The notes under the pieces: generated by a model
The model's input: only the letters and a program-made list of their open reading frames with translations
Told to the model about the DNA's origin: nothing
Databases searched by the model: none
In this document: positions 46,360 to 55,024 of the stretch, one piece after another
Numbering within the stretch: position 1 is the first letter of the stretch
Layout of the letters: every line of letters begins with the position of its first letter
Position numbers and translations under genes: made by a program
From: an uncultured Candidatus Saccharibacteria bacterium
GTDB taxonomy: Bacteria > Patescibacteriota > Minisyncoccia > Minisyncoccales > UBA5738
DNA: 64,000 nt
Direction: 5' to 3'
Assembly: GCA_964603475.1 (NCBI GenBank)
Contig: CAZRVG010000001.1
Span: forward strand, 63,988-127,987

Positions 46360-46435
46360 GGACCCGACGGGATTTGAACCCGTGATCTCTTCCGTGACAG
46401 GGAAGCGTGTTAACCGGGCTACACTACGAGTCCAA
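46360..46435 (-). tRNA. tRNA-Asp (anticodon GTC)
   Basis: hand-folded cloverleaf: acceptor GGACTCG/CGGGTCC, anticodon loop CTGTCAC, T loop TTCAAAT. Confidence 0.75.
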
Positions 46436-46505
46436 CAAGTATGTTCTACACTTTTTGCAAAAAAAATCAACCTCTCCTAATTTTACACCCAAATACATTG
46501 CCGGG

Positions 46506-46577
46506 TGCCGACGGTTGGATTTGAACCAACGACCTCGGCCTTATGAAGACCTCGCTCTGCCCCTGAGCTACGCCGGC
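46506..46577 (-). tRNA. tRNA with anticodon CAT (elongator Met or lysidine-Ile2)
   Basis: acceptor GCCGGCG/CGTCGGC, D stem GCTC/GAGC, anticodon loop TTCATAA, T arm GTTGG-TTCAAAT-CCAAC. Confidence 0.7.
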
Positions 46578-46683
46578 AAAATTTCCGAAAGGAAATTTTA
46601 CCAAATTACAAAACAGTCACACTAAATACAAAATGTAATTCGTGCGCGGAATTTGTAATTTGGGAAACTTGCTTCGCAAATTT

Positions 46684-46758
46684 GTCGCGGGGCCCGGAAT
46701 TGCACCAGGGCCTCCAGCTTATGAGACTGGCGAGATACTACTTCTCCACCCCGCAAAA
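46684..46758 (-). tRNA. Second CAT-anticodon tRNA-like gene with atypical features (candidate initiator or pseudo-tRNA)
   Basis: anticodon arm CCAGT-CTCATAA-GCTGG clear; possible U1-G72, non-canonical T loop TGCAATT, D loop without GG. Confidence 0.45.
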
Positions 46759-46845
46759 TCAAATATCAAAAAGATATTTTTTTTTAAACACCCGTTGATT
46801 TTAACTCAAAACCGGATTTTGGTCAACTTCACTACGCACTTCACA

Positions 46846-47370
46846 CTACGCTTTATAGGTGAACGCGGCGACGTCTTTTAATCCTTGCTCAAATGTTAAA
46901 ATCGTTTTTTTGGCCTCGCTATAATCAAGATCGGCGGATTTATCAACAGCAACGCGGCGATAAACGCCAGCCGCTTCGGTCATCGCGGCCAAATCGGAAA
47001 ACATTCGCGCGCGAGGCTTTTCCAATTTGTCCAACAAAGTTTTCCCTTCAAATGTGAGCCGTTTGAGCACGTCATTAACCAAGCGCCCGGCTTCAACCAC
47101 TGCCGCTTTCCATTCGGAATCGTTTTTTGAAAGAAGGCGTTTTTTAATTTTTATCCAATCCTTGTCGATCACGCGCGTGCCATAGGGACGAAAAGTTAAA
47201 AATTCAACAAAATCAAAAATCCACAAACGCCGCAAATACACCGTGGCCACCCACACGTAAACAATAAAAGCGACCACTCCCAAATCAAAAAGAATGAAAA
47301 ATATTTTTGCCGCCAAAAGCCATCCGGTCATTTCGGGAAACAAAATTTTTTCAATTTGAGATAAATCCAC
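46846..47370 (-). CDS. Hypothetical membrane protein (two N-terminal TM helices)
   Basis: ORF with coding character; no motif recognised. Confidence 0.45.
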   Translation of the reverse strand: MDLSQIEKILFPEMTGWLLAAKIFFILFDLGVVAFIVYVWVATVYLRRLWIFDFVEFLTFRPYGTRVIDKDWIKIKKRLLSKNDSEWKAAVVEAGRLVNDVLKRLTFEGKTLLDKLEKPRARMFSDLAAMTEAAGVYRRVAVDKSADLDYSEAKKTILTFEQGLKDVAAFTYKA

Positions 47371-47428
47371 GATAATATTTCAAAAGTCAAAAATCAAAAG
47401 TCAAAATTAAGGATTGATTTTTGATTTT

Positions 47429-48877
47429 TCAATTTTGATTTTCGACGGTTCTGCCAATGGCAAAAAGAGTCGCTTCGTCAAAATGCTTGCCCATAATTTG
47501 CAGGCCAGTCGGCAGTCCTTCGACTTCCCCGCAGGCAAGCGCCAGCGAAGGAACCGCCGCCAGATTGGCCGAAATGGTAAAAATATCAGCCAAATACATT
47601 TGCAAAGGATCGTTGAATTTTTCGCCAATCTCAAACGGCATCACCGGCGACACCGGCGCGATTATCGCGTCAACAATTTCAAACGCCCGATCAAAATCGC
47701 GCTTGATTAAATTGCGCACTTTTTGCGCGCGCACGTAATAGGCGTCATAATACCCCGCGGAAAGCACATATGTTCCCAGCATTATCCGACGCCTCACTTC
47801 GGCCCCAAATCCCTTGCCCCGGCTTTCCAGATAGATATCGTCAATGCCGCCGCCCTCCTGTTCGGAACGGCCATAGCGAATGCCGTCAAAACGCGCCAAA
47901 TTGGAACCGGCTTCGGAAGTGGCAATGATATAATAACATGCCAGCGCGTATTCGCTGTGCGGCAGACTGATTTCAACAATCTCATTTCCCTTCTCTTGCA
48001 ATTCTTTTAATTTGGCGCGGATCACAGATTCAATTCGAGGATCAATGCCTTCGATAAAATACTCCTTGGGAATGCCTATTTTATGGGTCCTTTTCGGAAC
48101 ACTGTCGGGCGCGATATCAATCGAGGTGGAATCCATCTCGTCTTTGCCGCAAATCGCTTCAAAAACCGCCTGCACATCGTCAACATTTTTTGCCAGCGGA
48201 CCGATCTGATCCAAAGATGAGCCAAAAGCGGTGCAGCCATGGCGGGAAACCGCGCCATATGTCGGCTTGAGCCCCGCGACTCCGCAAAAACAAGCTGGCT
48301 GGCGGATGGAGCCGCCCGTATCCGAACCCAAAGCGGCAACGCATTGGTTTGCCGCCACCGCCGCGGCCGATCCGCCCGACGATCCCCCGGGCACGCGCTT
48401 TGTGTCGCGCGGATTGCGCGTTTGCCCGAACGCGGAGGTTTCGGTGGAGCTCCCCATAGCAAATTCATCCATATTGGTCTTGCCCAAAATCACCGCGCCC
48501 CGGTTTTTTAATTTTTTAATAACCGCGGCATCATAAGACGCGGCGTAATTTTCCAAAATTTTGGAAGCCGAAGTGCACTTTTGGCGTTCCACCATAATGT
48601 TGTCTTTAATCGCCATGGGAACACCCGCCAAAAGCGGAATTTTTTCTCCGTTTTTGATTTTATCATCAACTTCTTTGGCCTGCCGCATCGCCGAATCGCG
48701 CGCCAGACTCAAAAACGCGAAAATTTCTTCGTTTTCTTTTTCGATTTTATCCAAATAGGCATCAGCCAATTCGGCGGCGGAAAACTTTTTTCCAACCAAC
48801 CCCTCATGAACTTGATTAATCGTAAAATCGCTCAACTCCATAAAATTTGAAATTTTTAATTTGAAATTTTTAAACAA
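47429..48877 (-). CDS. gatA: Glutamyl-tRNA(Gln) amidotransferase subunit A
   Basis: amidase signature GGSSGGSAAAVAA, Ser-cisSer-Lys triad context. Confidence 0.9.
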   Translation of the reverse strand: MFKNFKLKISNFMELSDFTINQVHEGLVGKKFSAAELADAYLDKIEKENEEIFAFLSLARDSAMRQAKEVDDKIKNGEKIPLLAGVPMAIKDNIMVERQKCTSASKILENYAASYDAAVIKKLKNRGAVILGKTNMDEFAMGSSTETSAFGQTRNPRDTKRVPGGSSGGSAAAVAANQCVAALGSDTGGSIRQPACFCGVAGLKPTYGAVSRHGCTAFGSSLDQIGPLAKNVDDVQAVFEAICGKDEMDSTSIDIAPDSVPKRTHKIGIPKEYFIEGIDPRIESVIRAKLKELQEKGNEIVEISLPHSEYALACYYIIATSEAGSNLARFDGIRYGRSEQEGGGIDDIYLESRGKGFGAEVRRRIMLGTYVLSAGYYDAYYVRAQKVRNLIKRDFDRAFEIVDAIIAPVSPVMPFEIGEKFNDPLQMYLADIFTISANLAAVPSLALACGEVEGLPTGLQIMGKHFDEATLFAIGRTVENQN

Positions 48878-48980
48878 TTTTTAATGTTATAATTTTTAAA
48901 AATTCAATGCCATAATTATAATTTAACGAAGTAAAAGAAATTTGTTTTTTTGTTTAAAAATTTCAAATTAAAAATTATTT

Positions 48981-49268
48981 TTAGAGGATTGTTTTCACTT
49001 TTAAATAGCCGTCTTTTTTTTGCGGCATTTGCGCGGTGAGCTTTTCCAATTCTTCTTTTGTCCGCTTGACGGCAGAATCCTCGCGCAGAACATTGCCCGC
49101 CGCCACCGAATGGGTAAAAGGTTCCACTCCGCCAATATCAACTTCCTGCAATTTGTCTATATATTCCAAAATCGCCGAAAGCTCTTTTTGGTATTTCTCA
49201 ATCTCGACATCGTCCAATCCCAACCGCGCCAACTTGGCGATATGCTGTGTTTCTTCTTTTGAAAGCAT
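48981..49268 (-). CDS. gatC: Glutamyl-tRNA(Gln) amidotransferase subunit C
   Basis: 95 aa GatC family (IAKLARL...LxxIL.YIDKL). Confidence 0.8.
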   Translation of the reverse strand: MLSKEETQHIAKLARLGLDDVEIEKYQKELSAILEYIDKLQEVDIGGVEPFTHSVAAGNVLREDSAVKRTKEELEKLTAQMPQKKDGYLKVKTIL

Positions 49269-49276
49269 TGCATTTA

Positions 49277-49342
49277 AAAGGTCGTTCCTTGCTGGCTTGT
49301 CCCGATTACGCCCGAGGAATAATCGTCAAGGCGCGACCTTGA
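49277..49342 (-). promoter_or_regulatory. Conserved 65-nt three-hairpin leader element abutting the gatC start codon (copy 1; RNA-level cis-regulator candidate)
   Basis: minus-sense tcaaggtcgcgccttg-acgattattcctcgggcgtaatcggg-acaagccagcaaggaacgaccttt; second copy at 59923-59988 with loop-only changes. Confidence 0.5.
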
Positions 49343-49378
49343 TAAACTTTTTAATTTTTAATTTGAAATTTGAAATTT

Positions 49379-49603
49379 TTAAACAATGTTCAATATTGCC
49401 AATCGCGATTGATTTTCTTTTTCTTCCAAGACCAGCTCAATCGCCTCGCGGATATTTGCCATTGCCTCATCAATTGTTTCTCCTTGCGTAAAACATCCCG
49501 AAAAAAGCGGGCATTCAATCACGAAAAACCCATCCTCGCCTTTTTCAACCAGCAAAGGAATTTTCTTGCCCTGATATTTTTGATAAATATTTACCTCTTC
49601 CAT
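49379..49603 (-). CDS. HicB-like (UPF0150) antitoxin-family protein, orphan (no adjacent HicA)
   Basis: PLLVEKGEDGFFVIECPLFSGCFTQGETIDEAMANIREAIELVLEE. Confidence 0.6.
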   Translation of the reverse strand: MEEVNIYQKYQGKKIPLLVEKGEDGFFVIECPLFSGCFTQGETIDEAMANIREAIELVLEEKENQSRLAILNIV

Positions 49604-49816
49604 AATTTTAGCGAAAACTAATTTTTAATTTTTAATTTGAAATTTTTAAACAATTTTTAATATCCTAATTTTCAAACAAAATCCAAATACCCAATACCTA
49701 AAAACTTTTAACTTAAAATTTTGACTTTTGACTTATTCTCCATCATACCCCAATTATTATCTCTTGTTAACCTTGACAAAACCTAAATAATATTATACGC
49801 GGAGGTTTTTAAAAAT

Positions 49817-49879
49817 ATGAGAACGTCAGGATGCCGCGGAAGCAATCGGATCTATGAAGAAAAAGTGAGAAAAGCGTAA
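49817..49879 (+). CDS. Possible 20-aa peptide ORF (MRTSGCRGSNRIYEEKVRKA) with GGAGG upstream, speculative
   Basis: GGAGG 11 nt upstream, TTGACA-like -35 at 49773, hairpin cgcctcc-gatacat-ggaggcg downstream. Confidence 0.2.
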   Translation: MRTSGCRGSNRIYEEKVRKA

Positions 49880-50038
49880 CTCTTCTTCTTTTTTTTATAC
49901 AAACGCCTCCGATACATGGAGGCGGGTTGATTCGTATTTATTCTTAAATCTTAAATCCTAAATCTCATCTCTATTTTCATTCGCAAATGGTGAGGTGCAA
50001 ACCTCGGCGATTACGCCGAGGATTGACCTCCCCGTTTG

Positions 50039-51148
50039 CTATTTCGGTGGTTCCAATTCTTTGGTTTCAATGAGCACTTCGCGCAGTTGATCCAGATTTT
50101 CCAGCACCATTCCCGCGCCGCGCACCACGGTGGTTTTGGGATCTTCCACGGTTTTCACCGGCATTCGGGTCTCCTTGGCGACCAATTCATCCAAACCGCG
50201 CAGTTGGCTTCCCCCGCCGCACAAATAAATGCCGTTGGCCATAATATCGGCGACAAGTTCAGGCGGAGTTTCTTCAATGGCCATTTTTATTTCGTGGACA
50301 ATTTGGCGCACCGATTTATCAATCGCGCGCCGAATTTCCTCTTCGCAAATCACGATTTCCTCGGGCAAGCCCGTCACCAAATTGCGGCCGCGCATTTTAA
50401 AATCGCGCTTTATTATTTTTTCTTTTTTGTTTCCGGAAGTCGCTTTTTTGGCGTTATCATTTTTTTCCGCGGTATAAGCCAGCCCGATGCCGATTTTGAT
50501 ATTCTCGGCCATTCGTTCGCCGATAAGCAATTTATATTCTTCTTGCACAAATTGCATAATATCCTCGCACAATTTGTCTCCGGCAATACGCAAACTTTTT
50601 CCCAAAACGATGCCTCCCAAAGAAATCACCGCGATTTCGGTGGTGCCGCCGCCCAGATCAACCACAAAATTGCCTTGCGCTTCCTGCACCGGCAGGCGAA
50701 TTCCGATTGCCGAGGCCATGGGCTCGTCAATCAAAAACACTTCCCGCGCCCCCGCCGATTTGCCCGCGTCAATCACCGCCTTTTTCTCCACTTCGGTCAC
50801 GCCGACGGGCACGCCCACAATCACGCGCGGGCGCAAATTAAAAAGCAATTTTCGCTTGCGGGATTTCTCAATAAAATAGCGAAACATCTGTTCGGTCACC
50901 TCAAAATCCGAAATCACGCCGTGGCGCATCGGCCGCACCGCGACGATATGCGAGGGGGTGCGCCCCACCATTTTTTTCGCTTCCTCGCCCACCGCCAAAA
51001 CCTGGCCGGTTTTTTGGTTCACCGCCACCACGGATGGTTCCAGCATCACAATCCCCCGCTCCCGCACATAAACCACGCAATTGGCCGTGCCCAAATCAAT
51101 GGCCATATCCTCGGAAAAAAGTTTTGTTAAATTATTCCAAAATTTCAT
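50039..51148 (-). CDS. mreB: Rod-shape determining actin homologue MreB
   Basis: IDLGTANC, DLGGGTTE, actin-fold phosphate and adenosine motifs. Confidence 0.85.
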   Translation of the reverse strand: MKFWNNLTKLFSEDMAIDLGTANCVVYVRERGIVMLEPSVVAVNQKTGQVLAVGEEAKKMVGRTPSHIVAVRPMRHGVISDFEVTEQMFRYFIEKSRKRKLLFNLRPRVIVGVPVGVTEVEKKAVIDAGKSAGAREVFLIDEPMASAIGIRLPVQEAQGNFVVDLGGGTTEIAVISLGGIVLGKSLRIAGDKLCEDIMQFVQEEYKLLIGERMAENIKIGIGLAYTAEKNDNAKKATSGNKKEKIIKRDFKMRGRNLVTGLPEEIVICEEEIRRAIDKSVRQIVHEIKMAIEETPPELVADIMANGIYLCGGGSQLRGLDELVAKETRMPVKTVEDPKTTVVRGAGMVLENLDQLREVLIETKELEPPK

Positions 51149-51163
51149 CCTAACATTTATCAA

Positions 51164-51290
51164 TTATCAGTTTTCAATTTTCATTGAGTTTTCAATTATC
51201 AATTTTCAAACAAAAAGCAACGAATCATTTTGTTTGAATCATTGAACAAATGAATCATTCAATGAAAACTGTTAAATGAAAACTGAAAAA
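51164..51290. promoter_or_regulatory. Family 2 intergenic element upstream of mreB
   Basis: cagttttcaattttcattgagttttcaattatcaattttcaaacaaaaa...gaatcattcaatgaaaactgttaaatgaaaactgaaaa. Confidence 0.6.
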
Positions 51291-52547
51291 TTAAAATTCA
51301 AATGCACCAAGCTTATTTAACGAAATCAGTTTTGATTCTTTTTCGCTTCTCTTTTTTAACTCGGCGCCATCTTTTTCCATCGTTCTTGGACTGATTACTA
51401 TTCTGCGGGGTATGCCGATTAAATCGGCATCGTTGAATTTTTCACCCGCGGATTTTTCTTGCCGGTCATCATATAGTACGCCGATATTTCTTTTTTGTAA
51501 ATCTTGGTATATTTTTTCGCAAGCCTCTCTTATTTTTCTTGCCTCATCGGAATTTTTTGATTCCAACTCAATCAAATGAACGGCAAACGGAGCAATATTC
51601 TCGGGCCAAACTATTCCGTTGTCATCGCGGCTTATTTCGGCGGCCGCGCCCATCAGGCGCGTCAAGCCGATGCCGCAGCAGTTCATCAACACCGGCAATT
51701 TGCCGCCATCGGCGGCCGTGGCTTCAAAACCGAAAGGCGCGCTGTATTTTGTTTCCAGCTTAAAAATATTGCCCACTTCAATGGCCTTTTTTTCATCAAA
51801 ATCATCTTTGCCGCATTCCGGACATTTTGGATGATTGTCTTTAATTTCTTTGTTAATCGCAAAACCGCAATTGCCGCAATGATAAATCACGTCTTCACCC
51901 GCCGCGGTCTCGGTTTGGAATTCGTGGGAAAATTCGGAAAAAGTGCCGCCGCTTGCCAATGTTAAATAGGTATTAGCCACAATGCCGACCTCTTTGAAAA
52001 TTTCAAAATACGCTTCTTTAACCTTTTCATAATAATCATCGCAATCCCTTTGTTCAATGTGAAAAGAATATAAATCTTTCATCAAAAATTCCCGTCCGCG
52101 CAACAATCCCGACTTGGCGCGCAGTTCATCGCGGAATTTGGTTTGTATTTGATAAACCGCGAAGGGAAAGTCTTTGTATGATAGCGCGAATTTTTGCGCC
52201 AGGGGTGTAACGACTTCTTCATGGGTGGCGCCCAGCGCGTATTCGGAATCGCGGCGGCTTTTTATTTTATACAAAACATCCAATTCATTCCAACGTCCGG
52301 TGACATCCCAGCTTTTTTTGGGAGTGAGCGCGGGCATTAAAATCCTTTGCGCGTCCAGCGCGTCCATTTTTTTAGCGATTATGCTTTCAATTTTTTGCAA
52401 AACCAAAAGCCCCATCGGCAACATTGTGTAAATTCCGGCCGCGGTTTTATCAATAAATCCGGCGCGCGCCAAAAGGCGCGTCCCCGCGCTGGCCTCATCG
52501 GCGCCCGCCTCCTTTTTAGTTTTGGTAAAAAGCTTGGATTGTTTCAT
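51291..52547 (-). CDS. proS: Prolyl-tRNA synthetase (short form without editing insertion)
   Basis: class II motifs 1-3 (FRDELRAKSGLLRGREF; GGTFSEFSHEF), C-terminal anticodon-binding domain. Confidence 0.85.
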   Translation of the reverse strand: MKQSKLFTKTKKEAGADEASAGTRLLARAGFIDKTAAGIYTMLPMGLLVLQKIESIIAKKMDALDAQRILMPALTPKKSWDVTGRWNELDVLYKIKSRRDSEYALGATHEEVVTPLAQKFALSYKDFPFAVYQIQTKFRDELRAKSGLLRGREFLMKDLYSFHIEQRDCDDYYEKVKEAYFEIFKEVGIVANTYLTLASGGTFSEFSHEFQTETAAGEDVIYHCGNCGFAINKEIKDNHPKCPECGKDDFDEKKAIEVGNIFKLETKYSAPFGFEATAADGGKLPVLMNCCGIGLTRLMGAAAEISRDDNGIVWPENIAPFAVHLIELESKNSDEARKIREACEKIYQDLQKRNIGVLYDDRQEKSAGEKFNDADLIGIPRRIVISPRTMEKDGAELKKRSEKESKLISLNKLGAFEF

Positions 52548-52692
52548 AAAATAACAAATTTCTAATTTCTAATATCAAAATAAATGCCGAAATATTAAAA
52601 TGTCAAAATTTTTAATTTTAGTATTTTTTAATTTTGAAATTTATTGGAAATTGGTAATTGGTAATTTTAACATTTCGATTATTTCAGCCTTG

Positions 52693-53784
52693 CTAAAATA
52701 ATCTAATTACGTCTTGCACGGTTACGATAATGGCAAAAAGCATCAGCGCGCCAAAAAATACCGCGGTTAACGTTTGTTCGATCTTTTCCGAAACCGGCTT
52801 TCTGCGAATCGCTTCCAGCGCCAAAAACATCAGCCGCCCGCCGTCTAACGCGGGAATGGGCAAAGCGTTGAACACCGCCAAATAAACCGAAATCATCGCC
52901 GTGAACTGCAAATAATAATTCCAGCCCATCTGCGCTTGCTTGGCCATCATTTCCATAATCCCCACCGGACCCACCAGCTGCGTGCCCGCGGGCAAATTCT
53001 CGCGTTTCACCAAGCGGCCGATAATTTGCCCCCATCCGTCAAAAACGCTCGCCGTCATATTCCATGTTGTGGTAATTCCGGCGCCAATTGCCGGCAATAA
53101 AGAATATGATTGTTGGGCGATGCGCGCCAAAGCCACGCCCATGGAACCCTCTCCCGCCGGCGGATTTTGGCGCGGAGTTATCGGCACGTCAAAAGATTCT
53201 CCGGCGCGCTTAATCTGTAAAATGAGCTCTCTTCCTTGGGCATTTTGGCTGATTTCCTGCACCTGCGCCACTTTATCGATTTCTATCGCGTTTTCCGGAT
53301 CATCAGAAAACGCGATCTCCTCAATGATGTCGCCCATTTCCAACCCGGCCGAAAGCGCCGGCGATTCGCCGGCGACAATGATAACTTGCACCCGGGCATT
53401 CTCCGCCGGATCATTGTCGCCCACCCCGACCATCGCTCCGGACATATAGTTAAAGCTCAAAATCACCGCCGAAATTATCCAAAACGAAACCACGCCCGCG
53501 GCGACAATAATCATTCTTTGCCAAATCGGCTTGGCGGCAAAACTTCTCTCGTCTTTTTGGCTGTTATCGTCTTCCCCCTGCAATTTCACGAACGCGCCCG
53601 CCGGAATCCAATTGACGGAATATAAGGTTTCACCGAATTTTTTGCCCCAAATCCGCGGCGGCAAAAAAATGCCAAACTCTTCAACCTTCACGCCAAATTT
53701 TTTGGCAAACACAAAATGCCCCAACTCATGGAGCACGATCAATCCCATTAAAGTGAAAAAAACAATAAAAATAGTGGCAACCAT
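52693..53784 (-). CDS. rseP: Site-2 protease RseP (M50 zinc metalloprotease with PDZ domain)
   Basis: HELGH, PDZ region, LDGG motif. Confidence 0.85.
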   Translation of the reverse strand: MVATIFIVFFTLMGLIVLHELGHFVFAKKFGVKVEEFGIFLPPRIWGKKFGETLYSVNWIPAGAFVKLQGEDDNSQKDERSFAAKPIWQRMIIVAAGVVSFWIISAVILSFNYMSGAMVGVGDNDPAENARVQVIIVAGESPALSAGLEMGDIIEEIAFSDDPENAIEIDKVAQVQEISQNAQGRELILQIKRAGESFDVPITPRQNPPAGEGSMGVALARIAQQSYSLLPAIGAGITTTWNMTASVFDGWGQIIGRLVKRENLPAGTQLVGPVGIMEMMAKQAQMGWNYYLQFTAMISVYLAVFNALPIPALDGGRLMFLALEAIRRKPVSEKIEQTLTAVFFGALMLFAIIVTVQDVIRLF

Positions 53785-53934
53785 TAGTTACAATTTTCAG
53801 TTTTCATTTATCAGTTTTCAATAAATGGAATAATGTTTCAATGATACAAACAATTACCAAAAATTGCGTCTGTTTGAAAATTGAATCATTGAAAATTCAA
53901 TGAAAATTGAAAATTGAAAATTGAAAAATTTATT
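53785..53934. promoter_or_regulatory. Family 2 intergenic element upstream of rseP
   Basis: ttttcagttttcatttatcagttttcaataaatgg...cattgaaaattcaatgaaaattgaaaattgaaaattgaaaaa. Confidence 0.6.
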
Positions 53935-54492
53935 TTATTCGGCGATTTCTTTTTTCTTGCGCTCGCCGGATTCGTCGATTTTTTTTGAGTAGCCGTCGAT
54001 TAACTTTTGCAATTCGTCTTTGGCGCGGAATTTGTCGTCCTCGCGGATTTCTCCGGCGCGCTCCAGCCGCTGGATCTGCGACCACGCATCATCGCGAGCG
54101 CGGCGCATCGTTTGACGGCTATCCTCCTGCGTCTTGGAGATTAGCCGCACCAAGTTTTGCCGGTATTCGCCGGTGAGATCCGGAATCATTACTCGGATTA
54201 CCGCGCCCTCAACCGCCGGCGACAATCCCAATTGCGAATTTTCGATCGCTTTTTGTATCGGCGCGATATAGGATTGATCCCACGGCTGAACCACAATTTG
54301 GCGCGCCTCGGGTACCGAGATCATCGCCAATTGCTTTAGCGGAAATTTTTGCTCAAAGCACTCCACCGTCAAATCCTCAACGATTGAAGCACTGGCGCGC
54401 CCGGTGTGCAGTTTTGCCAACTCCCGATCCAAATACTGCAGCGCCTTGTCAAACTCCGGCTCCAATTTCTTAATTATATCTTTATATTCCAT
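53935..54492 (-). CDS. frr: Ribosome recycling factor
   Basis: 185 aa RRF family, conserved hinge and Arg-rich helix. Confidence 0.9.
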   Translation of the reverse strand: MEYKDIIKKLEPEFDKALQYLDRELAKLHTGRASASIVEDLTVECFEQKFPLKQLAMISVPEARQIVVQPWDQSYIAPIQKAIENSQLGLSPAVEGAVIRVMIPDLTGEYRQNLVRLISKTQEDSRQTMRRARDDAWSQIQRLERAGEIREDDKFRAKDELQKLIDGYSKKIDESGERKKKEIAE

Positions 54493-54559
54493 AAATAGCC
54501 GCCACAGGCGGAATTACCAGTTTCCAATTACTCCCGCTATCGCGGGATCCCGCCGAGGC

Positions 54560-54680
54560 GGTGACAATTTCCAATAAATGACCAATTGACCAATGATTCA
54601 AACAAAAACAATGAATTCCGTTTGGGAATTGTTGCATTGAAAATTCAATGAAAACTGAAAACTTAAATGTATTTCCATTC
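54560..54680. promoter_or_regulatory. Family 2 intergenic element upstream of frr
   Basis: aattccgtttgggaattgttgcattgaaaattcaatgaaaactgaaaact (same core as holB copy). Confidence 0.6.
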
Positions 54681-54708
54681 TACCAGATTTTCCCTTAATT
54701 TCTACCCC

Positions 54709-54738
54709 TTGACAAATTTATATAAATATGATATAAAT
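54709..54738 (+). promoter_or_regulatory. Near-consensus sigma70-type promoter (TTGACA, 17 nt, TATAAAT) firing into a region with no convincing ORF
   Basis: cccTTGACAaatttatataaatatgaTATAAATcagctATG; predicted +1 coincides with the A of an ATG at 54744. Confidence 0.5.
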
Positions 54739-54743
54739 CAGCT

Positions 54744-55010
54744 ATGCCTGAAGATTTCGCGCGCTATAAATGTTGCGGCATGCCAATAGAATATTGTATT
54801 AGAAAGCCTGACCAGCTCTCTTTTTTATTTGAACGATACTTTCAGCTCCGAATCAAGGGCGCGAGCGACTTTGCGTCATATCCCTTTCTATCCTTTTGGC
54901 AATCACCATTTTTGCAAAATCAAACTCCGACCCAGGCTACTCATAGACCTTGGCAAATTCCTTATTTTTTAATAATTCTTTCTTTAAGTCGGCCCAATTG
55001 ATTGTTTCCA
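54744..55010 (+). ncRNA. Transcript of unknown nature downstream of the strong promoter: either an sRNA or a leaderless mRNA for a low-complexity 85-aa ORF
   Basis: promoter geometry; ORF 54744-55001 has atypical composition and no motif. Confidence 0.25.
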
Positions 55011-55024
55011 TAGTTTTTGTTTAT

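Noticed and set aside
49773-49800. Strong promoter before the 20-aa mini-ORF
   Set aside because: TTGACA is present, but no spacing yields a good -10 (best is TATACG at 15 nt). It is kept only as a weak note within the mini-ORF feature.
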